Assembly: GCA_963770835.1 (NCBI GenBank)
Contig: CAVYRH010000026.1
Coordinates: forward strand, 416,001-480,000
Source of the DNA: an uncultured Pseudomonadota bacterium
GTDB lineage: Bacteria; Oederibacteriota; Muellerivitia; Muellerivitales; Muellerivitaceae
Direction of reading: 5' to 3'
DNA length: 64,000 bases
This document shows, one piece after another, positions 20,767-31,113 of the stretch (position 1 is the first letter of the stretch; each line of letters begins with the position of its first letter). Made by a program: the position numbers and the translations under genes. The notes beneath the pieces are model-generated. The model saw only the letters and a list, made by a program, of their open reading frames with translations. It did not search any database and was not told the DNA's origin.

Positions 20767-21915
20767 ATGCAAAAAAAAATCGCCATCCTGGGTTCAACCG
20801 GCTCCATCGGCGTTTCCGCCCTCGACGTCGTCCAAAAGCTGAAACCCTCCTTCCAAGTGACCGGTCTTACCGCTTACCGCAACGCCAAGGAATTGGCCCG
20901 GCAGATCATAATCTTCAAACCCAAGATGGCCGCCATCATGGACTGGAAGTTTTTTCCCGAGCTGAAGGCCCTCACCAAAGGAACGTCGACCCAGATTTTG
21001 GCGGGGGAAGAAGGTGTGGTGGCGGTGGCGGCGGAATCAGGCGCGGACCTGGTGCTTTCCGCCATCGTGGGCGCGGCGGGGTTGAAGCCCACCCTGGCCG
21101 CCATCCAGAAGGGCAAGGACATCGCCCTAGCCAACAAGGAACCCATGGTCATGGCCGGGGAAGTGGTGACGAAGGCCGCCAAGAAATCGGGCTCCCGGAT
21201 CCTGCCGGTGGACAGCGAGCATTGCGCGATTTTCCAATGCCTGGCCAGCTGCCGCTCGGCCAAGGAAATCTACAAAATCCTTTTGACCGCCTCCGGCGGA
21301 CCCTTCCGCAACCTGGCCAAGAAACTTTTTCCCAAGATCACCCGCAAGGATGCCTTGAACCATCCCACCTGGCGCATGGGCCCCAAGATCACCATCGATT
21401 CTGCCACCCTCATGAACAAGGGACTGGAGGTTATCGAGGCGCATTACTTGTTCAACGCCCCCTTCGAGAAAATCGACATTGTCATTCACCCCGAATCCAT
21501 CATCCATTCCATGGTGGAATTCATCGACGGCTCGGTGCTGGCCCAGTTGGGCACCACCGATATGCGGATTCCCATCCAATACGCCCTCACTTATCCCGAC
21601 CGGGCCGACTCGCCGGTGAACCGGCTGGACCTGGCCCAGATCGGGCGGCTTCATTTTGAAAAGCCCGACCGCGAGAAATTCCCCTGCGTGGACCTGGCCT
21701 ACGAAGCGGGAAAAAAAGGGGGGACCTATCCGGCGGTCTTGAACGCCGCCAATGAGGTGGCGGTTAGCCGCTTTTTAAACGATGAAATTCCGTTTACCCA
21801 AATCCCCAAAATCATCAGCAGGACTTTGCGAAAGTACCGCCCCCTGACAAACGGAACCCTGGATGGTATATTGAAAGCCGACCTTTGGGCCCGCCAGGAA
21901 GCCTCGGCGAAGTAA
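20767..21915 (+). CDS. dxr: 1-deoxy-D-xylulose 5-phosphate reductoisomerase
   Basis: ILGSTGSIG, LANKE, PVDSEH, LTASGGPFR, HPTWRMGPKITIDSATLMNKGLEVIEA. Confidence 0.97.
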   Translation: MQKKIAILGSTGSIGVSALDVVQKLKPSFQVTGLTAYRNAKELARQIIIFKPKMAAIMDWKFFPELKALTKGTSTQILAGEEGVVAVAAESGADLVLSAIVGAAGLKPTLAAIQKGKDIALANKEPMVMAGEVVTKAAKKSGSRILPVDSEHCAIFQCLASCRSAKEIYKILLTASGGPFRNLAKKLFPKITRKDALNHPTWRMGPKITIDSATLMNKGLEVIEAHYLFNAPFEKIDIVIHPESIIHSMVEFIDGSVLAQLGTTDMRIPIQYALTYPDRADSPVNRLDLAQIGRLHFEKPDREKFPCVDLAYEAGKKGGTYPAVLNAANEVAVSRFLNDEIPFTQIPKIISRTLRKYRPLTNGTLDGILKADLWARQEASAK

Positions 21916-21966
21916 GCGCCCCATGGACCTTTCCCGGACGGTTCCGATCACCTAAATGAGGAAAAA

Positions 21967-23331
21967 ATGAACCTTTTAACCTTTCTCGAAGTCATGCTGG
22001 CCTTTTGCTTTATGGTTGCCATCCACGAGTGGGGCCATTTTTTGGCCATGCGCCTAGTGGGCGTGGGAGTTGAGGAGTATTGCCTCTTTTTCCCTCCCCG
22101 GCTGGTTTCCAAAAAGTGGGGGAAGACCCTTTACTCCATCGGTTCCATCCCCTTGGGCGGCTTTTGTAAACCCCAGGGAGGGGATTTGAGCGGGGAATCG
22201 GCCGAGCAAATGTACGCCAAGGCGCCCGAGCCGGGGGATTACCTGGCCGCCTCCTGGTGGAAAAGAATTTTCATCCTTGTGGCCGGCCCCGCCATGAATT
22301 TCATCTCCGCCGTTTTCATCCTTTACTTCATCCTGATCGCCGGCGAGAAAGTCGGAATCGAAAACCCCATCCTGGGTTTTGTGCCGCCGGACAGCCCGGC
22401 TTACACCGCCGGTTTCAAGGAGAACGACCATTTGCTGAAGGTGGACGGAAAGGACATTAAAAACATGTCCACCGACCTGGACGACGCCTATGAAAAAATA
22501 CTCAAGACGCCCGGGGCCTCCACCGTCATCACCGTGGACCGGGGCGGGAAAATGATGGACCTCACCTTAACCGTCGATCCCAAAAAAGAAGATCCGCGAA
22601 AGGCCAAGTTCGGGATGGGGCTTTTCCCGAGCGAACCTCCGGTCATCGGGGACGTACCCTTGGAAACACCTGCTTGGAAAGCCGGCATCCGCCCCGGCGA
22701 CACGGTCTTGAGCGTGAACGGTAAAAAAGTCTCCGAGTGGATGGAACTCACTTACGCCATCAAAAGCACCCCCAACGACGCTATCCAGCTCCAGGTGCTC
22801 CGCAATGGCAAACAATACCCGGTGACCGTCAACCGGATTTACAACGGCGAGGATAGGGTCATCGGCATCGCCCCGAAGGAATCGAGCCAGTTCGAAATCA
22901 AGCGGATGGGCCCCCTGGAAGCGGTGCCCGAGGCTTTTGCCCGCGCCATCGGGTTTTGCGGGATGTACATCGACGTCATCGGCAAGTTGGTGACGGGCAA
23001 GATGGCCCTCAAGGACAACGTCGGAGGGGCGGTCGTCATCCTCCGGACGATGTACCAACAGGCCATGCAAGGCACGGAAAAATTCGCCAAGACGGTGGCC
23101 TCCATTTCCCTCATCCTTTTCCTGATGAACCTCTTACCCTTGGGCATCGTGGACGGCGGCCAGATCCTGCTTTGCCTGGTGGAAGGCATCAAACGGCAGC
23201 CGGTTTCGGTGAAGTTCCAGCAGGTTTACCAGACCGCCGGTGTTGCCCTGGTGGTTTGCTTGATGGGGTTGGCGATTTTCAATGACATCTGGAGTTGGGT
23301 CATGGAAAGTCTCCACCGGCAGATTCCCTGA
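21967..23331 (+). CDS. rseP: Site-2 intramembrane metalloprotease RseP with two PDZ domains
   Basis: HEWGH, IPLGGF, AGPAMN, NLLPLGIVDGG; follows dxr. Confidence 0.92.
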   Translation: MNLLTFLEVMLAFCFMVAIHEWGHFLAMRLVGVGVEEYCLFFPPRLVSKKWGKTLYSIGSIPLGGFCKPQGGDLSGESAEQMYAKAPEPGDYLAASWWKRIFILVAGPAMNFISAVFILYFILIAGEKVGIENPILGFVPPDSPAYTAGFKENDHLLKVDGKDIKNMSTDLDDAYEKILKTPGASTVITVDRGGKMMDLTLTVDPKKEDPRKAKFGMGLFPSEPPVIGDVPLETPAWKAGIRPGDTVLSVNGKKVSEWMELTYAIKSTPNDAIQLQVLRNGKQYPVTVNRIYNGEDRVIGIAPKESSQFEIKRMGPLEAVPEAFARAIGFCGMYIDVIGKLVTGKMALKDNVGGAVVILRTMYQQAMQGTEKFAKTVASISLILFLMNLLPLGIVDGGQILLCLVEGIKRQPVSVKFQQVYQTAGVALVVCLMGLAIFNDIWSWVMESLHRQIP

Positions 23332-23438
23332 AGGCCTTTTGTTTTTCCGTTGAAGAGCCGATAGATCAAAAATTAAATTTCCGACCGTCGCATTTCAGCT
23401 GTTGTTTTCAAAGAATTCCCCGCCCAAGGGAGGCGATT

Positions 23439-24611
23439 TTGAAACTTCACGAATACCAGGCCAAGGAGATATTCGCCAAATACGGGCTGCCCGTCACGCC
23501 CGGCGTGGTGGTGAAGCACCTTTCCGAAGTCGATGAGGCCCTGAAGCGGTTCCCCGACGCCCCTTGGGTGGTGAAGGCCCAGATCCACGCGGGAGGCCGG
23601 GGCAAGGCCGGCGGCGTGAAGCTGGCGAAGAACGAAACCGAACTGCGGCAGAAGGCCAGCGACATCCTGGGCATGACGCTCATTTCCCCCCAAACCGGCC
23701 CCCAGGGCAAGCTGGTCAAGAAAATCTTCATCACCCCCGCCTTGGATTATGTGAAGGAACTTTACGTGAGCGTGGTTTTGGACCGCGCCCGCCAATGCCC
23801 GGTCATCCTAGCCTCTTCCGAGGGCGGCACCGAAATCGAGGAATTGGCCGCCCACAAGCCCCAAGCCATCCAAAAGATGGCCGTGGACCCGCTCTTGGGC
23901 CTCCAACCCTACCAGGCCCGGCAGCTCCACCTGAACCTGGGCCTCTCCCGCGACAAGATCAACCAGGGCGCGAAGATCTTCCAGGACCTGGTCAAGATGT
24001 TCCTGGAACTGGACCTTTCCCTAGTGGAGGTGAACCCGCTCGTGACGCTCAAGGACGGGAGCCTCCACTGCCTGGACGCCAAGCTGGCCTTCGAGGACAA
24101 CGGCCTGGCGCGGCACAAGGAATACGCCGAGTGGCGCGACCCGGACGAGGAGGACGCGCGGGAACTGGAGGCCGCGGGCCACGGGCTTTCCTACATCTCC
24201 CTCGACGGCAACATCGGCTGCCTGGTCAACGGCGCAGGGCTGGCCATGGCCACCGCCGACGCCATCCAGCACTTCGGCGGCTCGCCCGCCAACTTCCTGG
24301 ACGTGGGCGGCGGCGCCACGGCCAAGGCGGTCACCCAGGCCCTCAAGATCATCCTTTCCGACAGCCGGGTGAAGGCCATCCTGGTCAACATCTTCGGCGG
24401 CATCATGAAATGCGACGTTATCGCCCAGGGCATCATCGAGGCGGCCAAGGAAGTGGGGCTGTCGCTGCCCCTGGTCATACGCCTGGAAGGCACCAACGTG
24501 GAGCAGGGCAAGAAGCTCCTTTCCCAGTCGATCCTGAAATACCAATTCGCCTCCAGCATGGATTCGGCCGCCAAAACGGTGGTGGCCGCGGCCAAGGAGG
24601 TGGGCTCATGA
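23439..24611 (+). CDS. sucC: Succinyl-CoA synthetase beta subunit
   Basis: [59 protein letters not shown] then TTG at 23439. Confidence 0.96.
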   Translation: MKLHEYQAKEIFAKYGLPVTPGVVVKHLSEVDEALKRFPDAPWVVKAQIHAGGRGKAGGVKLAKNETELRQKASDILGMTLISPQTGPQGKLVKKIFITPALDYVKELYVSVVLDRARQCPVILASSEGGTEIEELAAHKPQAIQKMAVDPLLGLQPYQARQLHLNLGLSRDKINQGAKIFQDLVKMFLELDLSLVEVNPLVTLKDGSLHCLDAKLAFEDNGLARHKEYAEWRDPDEEDARELEAAGHGLSYISLDGNIGCLVNGAGLAMATADAIQHFGGSPANFLDVGGGATAKAVTQALKIILSDSRVKAILVNIFGGIMKCDVIAQGIIEAAKEVGLSLPLVIRLEGTNVEQGKKLLSQSILKYQFASSMDSAAKTVVAAAKEVGS

Positions 24612-25519
24612 GCATCTATCTCGATAAAAGCGCGCGGGTTATCTGCCAGGGCATCACGGGCTCGGCCGGGCTTTTCCACTCCAAGGCCTGCCGGGACTAC
24701 GGCACGAAGATGGTGGGCGGAGTGACGCCGGGCAAGGGCGGCACCGAGATCGAGGGGTTCAAGGTTTACGACACAGTGGAGGAGGTGGTGGGCAAGACCG
24801 GCGCCAACACCACCATGATTTTCGTGCCGGCGCTTTTCGCCGCCGACGCCATCCTGGAAGCCGCCGCCGCGGGCATCAAGCTTATCGTCGCCATCACCGA
24901 GGGCATTCCCGCCAACGACATGGCGCGCGTGCGGGCGGTCCTCAAGCGTTACTCCGATGTGCGCTTGATCGGCCCCAATTGCCCGGGCATCATCACGCCG
25001 GGCGTGGCCAAGGTGGGCATCATGCCGGGCTATATCCACAAGCCCGGGAAGATCGGCATCGTTTCGCGCTCCGGGACCCTCACCTATGAGGCGGTCTGGC
25101 AGGTGACCCAGTTGAAACTCGGCCAGTCCACCTGCATCGGCATCGGGGGCGACCCCATCGTCGGGACCACCCACCTGGACACGCTGGAAGCCTTCAACGC
25201 GGACAAGGCCACCCAAGCCGTCATCATGATCGGTGAAATCGGCGGAACGGCCGAGGAGGAAGCGGCCCAATACGTGAAAAAATACATGAAGAAACCCGTG
25301 GCCGCCTTCATTGCCGGCACGACGGCCCCGCCGGGCAAGCGCATGGGCCACGCCGGCGCCATCGTCTCCGGCGGCAAGGGAACGGCCAAGGAAAAGATCG
25401 CGGCCCTGGAAGCGGCCGGCATCGTGGTGGCGCAAAGCCCCGGCGAGATCGGCAACGCCCTGGTGGAAGCCCTTAAGGGCAAAAAAGGGAAGAAAAAGGC
25501 GAAGGCCAAAAAGAAGTAA
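24608..25519 (+). CDS. sucD: Succinyl-CoA synthetase alpha subunit
   Basis: [43 protein letters not shown] overlap with sucC. Confidence 0.96.
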   Translation: MSIYLDKSARVICQGITGSAGLFHSKACRDYGTKMVGGVTPGKGGTEIEGFKVYDTVEEVVGKTGANTTMIFVPALFAADAILEAAAAGIKLIVAITEGIPANDMARVRAVLKRYSDVRLIGPNCPGIITPGVAKVGIMPGYIHKPGKIGIVSRSGTLTYEAVWQVTQLKLGQSTCIGIGGDPIVGTTHLDTLEAFNADKATQAVIMIGEIGGTAEEEAAQYVKKYMKKPVAAFIAGTTAPPGKRMGHAGAIVSGGKGTAKEKIAALEAAGIVVAQSPGEIGNALVEALKGKKGKKKAKAKKK

Positions 25520-25621
25520 GCCGCGCCGAAAAATGAGGCCTATGCGCCCCCCCTATCAACTAAACTTCGCGGCGGCGGTTTCCCCTCCTTCCCGACACCC
25601 GGGGCTTTTCCCTATGGGTTC

Positions 25622-28189
25622 ATGGCCCCGTTGAACCATTCCAAAAGTTCTTCCCGACGACCCCGGGTTTCCCGTAAATCCTCCCGGCCCAACCCCCAAG
25701 GGTGGAAACCCGTATTTCTGGCCGTTGGCCTGGCCGCCCTAGGGCAATTCTTCCTCGCTTGTTCCGGGTCCACCTGGACCCTGCCATTGGGAGCGGCTTT
25801 TTTCCTGGCGGCGGGCGTGATTTGGGCCCGGGCCCTCGGCGGAAATCTTGGGGATGAAAAATCCGAACCGCCACTGCCCATCCACCGGGAAGCCACCATC
25901 CTGTTTTTCATCCTCCTGTTGGCGGCTTTTTTCCGGTTCTACCGGATGGACGAATTCCCGCCCGGCCTTTTCCTGGACGCTTCCAATATCGGCCTGGGCG
26001 GGTTGAGGGTGCTTCACGAGGGATGGCGCCCGGTCCATGAGACCGATTTCACGACCTTAGGCGGGCTTTACTACTATGTTTCCGCCATCTGGTTCAGCTT
26101 CTTCCCGCCGACCCAGCACTTCCTGGTGCTGTTTTTCACCCTCACCTCGCTTTTCATCCTTCCGTGGATCTATTGGGCTTTCCGCGAACTCTCGGGCCCC
26201 CGGAGGGCCCTCCTGGCCCTTTTCATCCTGGCGGTGGCGCGATGGGAAGTCGCCTATAGCCGCTGGGCCTTCCTCGTTTTTTTCATGGAACTTTTCGTTT
26301 TCGGCTCCCTCGCCTTCTGGCTGGCGGGGCTGCGGACGGGTAAAAAAATTTATTTTGCGGCGGCCGGTGTCTTCGGGGCGCTGGGCCTCTACACCTACCA
26401 CGGTTACAAGGTCTTCCTGGTTTTGGCCCTGGCCTGCGGAATTTATGAGGGGTGGAACCATCGCGCATTGGCGCGGAAGCAATGGAAGGCCTGGGCGCTC
26501 ATGGCGGCCCTGTTCCTACTGGTGGCCGCGCCGCTCCTGGCCCATTGGGTGAAGCAGGGAACCGTCGGTTCCTACGAGATGTCCCTTTTCATCGGCCAGC
26601 GGGTCGCGCAGGAAAAAAGCCTCGCGCCCCTTTTTCAAAGCGCGGCCCAGACCTTCCTCATCTTCAACCGCGAGGGCGACCCCTTCGCCCTCCATAATTT
26701 TCAATCCCACCGGATGCTGGACGACCTCACGGGAATCCTTTGGATTTTGGGGTTGGCCCTGGCCCTTTCGCGTTGGAGGGAAAGGAAATCTTTTTACACC
26801 ATGGCGGGTTTGGGCATCCTCAGCCTCAACAGCCTCCTGACCGTAGACGCGGTCAACGCCAACCGGATGCTGGCCACCCTGCCCTTCGTCGCATTATTGG
26901 CGGCGTCAGCCTTCCAAACCCTGGCGTCGGTTTGGGAGAAGGTTGGATGGAAAAAATCGCTTGGTTTGGCCCTGTCGGTCGCCCTTGGGGCCGCCGTGGT
27001 TTTCCAGAATTTTCACCAGTATTTCGGCCTCCAGGCGAAAGACCCGGTGAACTTCCTGGAGTTCGACGCGGCCGCGACGGATGTGGGAAAAAGGATCGCT
27101 TCGGACCCCCAAACCCAGTATTACCTTCCCTTCCGGTACGGCTACCATTACACCCTCCGTTTTTTGGATTATTTCCACACGGGGGATTACCGCAATTGGG
27201 ACTGGCCCAAGGACCTAGCCCTGGCCGAGGTCCCACCCGGCAAAAAAAGCGTCTGTTTCGTCCTGAGGGAAGGGGAGGAAGGCATCCTCCGGCTTTTGGA
27301 ATCCCTTTATCCCGCCTGCCAAACGGAGACCGTCCGCGACCGGCAGGGGGTTCCCATGATTTTTTACGCGCGGATTCCGGCGGACCCCTTCCTCGCCTCC
27401 CGTGGATTGGTAATGACTTCCGCTTCGGGCCTCCACCGCACCTGCCCGGACTTCCCGGGGGATTTGCCAAAGGGCCCTTTCCGGGGTTCACTGGAGGGAC
27501 AGATGTTCCTCCAACAAAGCGGCATCCACCGCTTTTGGGCGGACGCTACCCGGAAAACCGCCTGGAAGGTGGATGGGAAAAGCTTCGGAAACAAGGGCGC
27601 CCTTTTCCTGGAGCGGGGCTTTCACGACATGAAGGTGGAGCTCCAAACGGCGGATGCCTCGAAAGTCCGCCTTTTCGCCGAAGAACCGGAAGGCGGATTG
27701 GTTTCCCTCGACTCCAGCCGCCTGACCCAGCTTCCGTTGAACCGCGGGCTGGAGGCAAGCTATTTCCAGCCGCAAGCCTCCGGCCCAACCCCGGTTTATC
27801 GCCAGTGGGACCCGATGGTGAATTTCGTCAGCCGGACCGACCTGGCGCTTTTCACGGCACCCCTGAATGTCCGCTGGCGGGGGCGGGTTTTAGCGCCGGC
27901 CCTGGGGCGTTATGATTTTTTGGTGCTGACCGAGCCCGGGGACAAGGCCCAACTGGCGTTGGACGGAAAAATTTTAGCCGGTCCTTCCCCTTCACCCGCG
28001 GCCTCCGCCGTCTTAAGCCGGGGTTGGCACAAGCTGGACCTGGAATTCCAAATGGGAGGAGATTTTTTATCCGCCGTCAACCTGGCCTGGAAGAAACCGG
28101 GAGACATGAAGTATGAAATTATCCCGCCCCAGGATTTCGGGCCGGTGGAGGCAATCCCCGATACGGCGGAAAACGGCGCAAACCCCTAG
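25622..28189 (+). CDS. GT-C fold (PMT/ArnT-like, GT39/83) polytopic glycosyltransferase with C-terminal PA14-like domain(s)
   Basis: [23 protein letters not shown] and about 12 TM segments; C-terminal GLEASYF...DPMVNF...[17 protein letters not shown]...GWHKLDLEF...LAWKKPG matches the PA14 pattern. Confidence 0.7.
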   Translation: MAPLNHSKSSSRRPRVSRKSSRPNPQGWKPVFLAVGLAALGQFFLACSGSTWTLPLGAAFFLAAGVIWARALGGNLGDEKSEPPLPIHREATILFFILLLAAFFRFYRMDEFPPGLFLDASNIGLGGLRVLHEGWRPVHETDFTTLGGLYYYVSAIWFSFFPPTQHFLVLFFTLTSLFILPWIYWAFRELSGPRRALLALFILAVARWEVAYSRWAFLVFFMELFVFGSLAFWLAGLRTGKKIYFAAAGVFGALGLYTYHGYKVFLVLALACGIYEGWNHRALARKQWKAWALMAALFLLVAAPLLAHWVKQGTVGSYEMSLFIGQRVAQEKSLAPLFQSAAQTFLIFNREGDPFALHNFQSHRMLDDLTGILWILGLALALSRWRERKSFYTMAGLGILSLNSLLTVDAVNANRMLATLPFVALLAASAFQTLASVWEKVGWKKSLGLALSVALGAAVVFQNFHQYFGLQAKDPVNFLEFDAAATDVGKRIASDPQTQYYLPFRYGYHYTLRFLDYFHTGDYRNWDWPKDLALAEVPPGKKSVCFVLREGEEGILRLLESLYPACQTETVRDRQGVPMIFYARIPADPFLASRGLVMTSASGLHRTCPDFPGDLPKGPFRGSLEGQMFLQQSGIHRFWADATRKTAWKVDGKSFGNKGALFLERGFHDMKVELQTADASKVRLFAEEPEGGLVSLDSSRLTQLPLNRGLEASYFQPQASGPTPVYRQWDPMVNFVSRTDLALFTAPLNVRWRGRVLAPALGRYDFLVLTEPGDKAQLALDGKILAGPSPSPAASAVLSRGWHKLDLEFQMGGDFLSAVNLAWKKPGDMKYEIIPPQDFGPVEAIPDTAENGANP

Positions 28190-28239
28190 AGCCATCGTTC
28201 AGTGATGTATCAGTTTCGCCTTATAGAAAGCCTTCGACA

Positions 28240-28323
28240 CCCCTCACCCTACCCTCTCCCGCAAGGGGCGAGGGTTTCCGCTAGATTCCCCCTCTCCCTT
28301 GACGGGAGAGGGCGGGGTGAGGG
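28240..28323. repeat. GC-rich double-hairpin palindromic element (CCCCTCACCC...GGGTGAGGG) between convergent genes
   Basis: cccctcaccctaccctctccc-gcaa-ggggcgaggg ... ccctctccc-ttgac-gggagagggcggggtgaggg; related copy at 61029..61111. Confidence 0.85.
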
Positions 28324-28373
28324 ATGAAATAAGGTTCATTCATTAAAACTGAGAAACTACGTATTGAACGCCG

Positions 28374-29270
28374 CTAGTGCCAATTCCCATTCAACATGGA
28401 AAGGATGATGAAATTGGCCTGGGGGCCCCAAATCCTCTCGTCGGTGCTGTTGAACACCGCGAAGGTCCTCAGGCCGCAAGCCGAAGCCAGTTGGGTGACG
28501 CCGCTGTCGTTCCCCAGGTAGGCCGCCGATTTGGAAAAAACCCCCGCCAAATCCTGCAAGGGAAGGATTTCCGGCAGGACTTTCACGTGATTCATTCCGG
28601 AGAAAGATTCCTTGACGGCGCCCAGGTTTTTTTCCTCCGCTTCCCCCCAAACCACCAGGACCTGTTTGCCCGCCTCGGCCCCCGCCCTTTCGGCGGCGTT
28701 CCGAAAAAAAGTGAGGGGCGCGTTTTTGGAAGGACTGCCGCTGCCCGGATGGATGACCAGGGGCGCCGCGGCTCCCAAGGACTCCAGGATTTCCACGCCC
28801 TTTTGCCGCAGTCTGTCGTCGATTCGCAGCTTGGCTTGGCGAAAAGGGGAGTCGGACGAAAGGGGACAGTCGAAGGCGGTTTCCAGCCAATATTCCGCCG
28901 CCCAGCGAGCTTCCCTCAAGAACTCCTCGAAGGGCTTCGCGGGGGAATGAACCTGGACCCCGGAAAGGGCCACCAGTTTTTCCAGGAGGGCCCCGTCCTT
29001 TTCCTTGAAGAAAAGATAGATGTGATGGAACCGCGCGAGAAAGGCCCGGCGGGTGGAATCCAGCGGCGAAGCGGAAAGAAGGGATTGGAGAAGGGGCTCC
29101 AGGGGGACGACTTCACCGATCCCCAAAAGTTGGGCCCCCAAGGAAAGGTAAGGGGAGGTCCCGGCAAGGGTAACTTCCGAGCGGGACTGCAGTAGTCTTA
29201 AGGCTGGGAGTGTCAGAAGTGAGTCACCCAAACTGCCGGCGGCCAGGACCAATGTCGCCTGTTTTTCCAT
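28374..29270 (-). CDS. GT9 family (ADP-heptose:LPS heptosyltransferase-like) glycosyltransferase
   Basis: GSLGDSLLTLPAL, IHPGSGSPSK, YLGNDSGVTQLA, WGP. Confidence 0.85.
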   Translation of the reverse strand: MEKQATLVLAAGSLGDSLLTLPALRLLQSRSEVTLAGTSPYLSLGAQLLGIGEVVPLEPLLQSLLSASPLDSTRRAFLARFHHIYLFFKEKDGALLEKLVALSGVQVHSPAKPFEEFLREARWAAEYWLETAFDCPLSSDSPFRQAKLRIDDRLRQKGVEILESLGAAAPLVIHPGSGSPSKNAPLTFFRNAAERAGAEAGKQVLVVWGEAEEKNLGAVKESFSGMNHVKVLPEILPLQDLAGVFSKSAAYLGNDSGVTQLASACGLRTFAVFNSTDERIWGPQANFIILSMLNGNWH

Positions 29271-29323
29271 GTGGGCATTATAAACGCTTTTATGTGGGTG
29301 GATATTGAACCACATCAAAATTA

Positions 29324-29333
29324 AAAGCGCTTT
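29324..29333. promoter_or_regulatory. LacI-like palindrome upstream of the GH cluster
   Basis: AAAGCGCTTT perfect 10-bp palindrome with central CG. Confidence 0.35.
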
Positions 29334-29378
29334 CGCGTGTTGGCGACGTCCTTTTTAGTTCGTTTTAACGGCCCTTCG

Positions 29379-29394
29379 TGGCATAGTTTCTGCT
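29379..29394 (+). promoter_or_regulatory. Putative sigma-54 (-24/-12) promoter of the GH5 gene
   Basis: TGGCATAGTTTCTGCT, with exact GG-N10-GC spacing relative to consensus TGGCACG-N4-TTGC. Confidence 0.55.
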
Positions 29395-29434
29395 CTATTT
29401 CTTGATACACTTCGACTAGGTCCGGGTTTTCACT

Positions 29435-30983
29435 TTGATTTTTTGGGAGAAACTGTTGAATCGATTGAAGGAAAAGTTTTATCTGGGGGATTACTTTACC
29501 CGCCTCCTTGGTTGGGGGGCCTGCGCGGCCCTATTGGCGTTGGGCGACGCCCCGGCCTGGGGAGCCCCGCCTCCCCTAATGGTATCAGGGAGCCAGATCG
29601 TCACCAATTCGGGTTGCACGGTGATGCTGAAGGGTGTGGACGTGGACGGTTTGGAATTCTCCAACAACGGTTTTTCGGGAAGTTGGCCGGGCAGCCTCTT
29701 AAGCGTGGCTCAGGAAGCCGTCACGGGTTGGGGTTGCAATATCATTCGCCTCCCCCTGGACCAGGACTGGTGGTTCGGCTGCTCGAACAGCCGCGGGGCG
29801 CCTTCCAGCAGCGCGGCCTACCAAAGCATCGTCAGCAGCATCGTCCAATTTTGCAGCAACAACAACGCCTACGTCATCTTGGACTTGCATTGGTCTGGTA
29901 CATCCAGCGCCACCACATTCACCAGCCCCTGCAGTGGGGCAGGATGGGGCACGGCCAATGGCCAACAAGAGATGCCGGATGCCAACGCCGTCACTTTTTG
30001 GCAGTCGGTGGCTTCCGATTACGGGAACAACCCCGCTGTCTTATTCGATGTTTACAATGAACCCAACGGGGCTTTGTTTCCCATTTGGCAGGGGGGAGGG
30101 TCCACCGGCGGAACACCGGCTTGGACACCCGGCATGCAAGCTCTTGTCAACGACATCCGCTCCGCGCTTGGAGGAGGGGTTTCGAATGTTTGCATCGTCG
30201 GCGGATTGAATTACGCCAAGGATTACAGCGGATTTGCCTCTTATCCTGTCACTGGAGCCAACGTCGCTTACGCGGCCCATTTATATGGTAACCAGGTCGG
30301 GGATACCATTCCAAGCTGGACCGGTTATGTGGCCCCGGTCACCAGTCACGGGCCAATTTTCATCGGTGAGTTCGCTCCTAGCACTTCCTGCGGTACGGAT
30401 GTTCCCGCCTACGATACGAACATGTTCAATTGGATCGGGAGTCCGGGCATCTCGGGAGGCACGGCCTGGTCCATGACCTCGAGCTCCTGTCCTAACCTTT
30501 ATACCGGAAATTTCGTCCCCAATCCCTGGGGAGCTGCCGTGACCGCCTGGCTGGCCACGCCGCCTCCCAATTGCATCTACCCGCACCCCCACGCCGACAC
30601 CCACTTTCACTCCCTGCGGTTATCCGGGGAATACCTGCACCCCGACCAACACTCCCACGGTTACGAATACTCCTACGGCCACTCCCACCTTCAACCCTAA
30701 CAACAATATCCTCTTCCCGAACCCCTGGAATGGGAACTCGCCGCTGTACATTTATCACACCATCACCACACCGGCTGACAAAGTGAACATCAAGGTTTTT
30801 ACCATTAGCTTCCGGAAAGTAGCCGAAATCGACGGCTATCCCTCGGCTGTAGGCCAGCCCACCTATTACATCTTCTGGAACCAGATGAACAACCCGGCCA
30901 ACGGGCTCTATTACGTGGTAATTGAAGAAAACCGGGGCCACAAGCAGACCCAAACGGTCTTAAAGCTCCTCGTCCGCCGGTAA
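29435..30983 (+). CDS. Secreted GH5 glycoside hydrolase (cellulase-like) with PT linker and C-terminal sorting-like domain; one apparent +1 indel at ~30584
   Basis: NIIRLPL, YVILDLHW, FDVYNEP, AAHLY, IGEF; the shifted frame from 30585 reads [18 protein letters not shown]...ILFPNPW...KVFTISFRK...NGLYYVV...KLLVRR to the stop at 30983; start uncertain. Confidence 0.85.
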
Positions 30984-31113
30984 AAAACGACCACCGGCAT
31001 CTTGAAAAAATTTCCAGACAAAAGCACTTTTATGATGTTGGCCCTGATTGACTCCAGGTCAGGGGGTATAATTCCCAATAAAGCGCGCCTTTACTGACAG
31101 GGAATCCAAAACG

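Noticed and set aside
23564..24607. Apparent 350-aa N-terminal extension of SucD in the 651-aa ORF
   Set aside because: It is an alternative frame over sucC; the real start is ATG 24608, overlapping the sucC stop
26740..27915. 391-aa overlapping ORF inside the GT-C/PA14 gene
   Set aside because: Pro/Gly/Arg-rich off-frame translation with no recognisable motifs
30783..30983. Stand-alone 66-aa CTD-only gene
   Set aside because: It is in frame with the PT linker starting at 30585 and is the frameshifted tail of the GH5 gene
31048..31072. TTGACT...TATAAT as a canonical sigma-70 promoter
   Set aside because: The spacer is only 13 nt; the -10 may be real and a CCCTGA/TCAGGG inverted repeat overlaps it, but this pairing is not supportable
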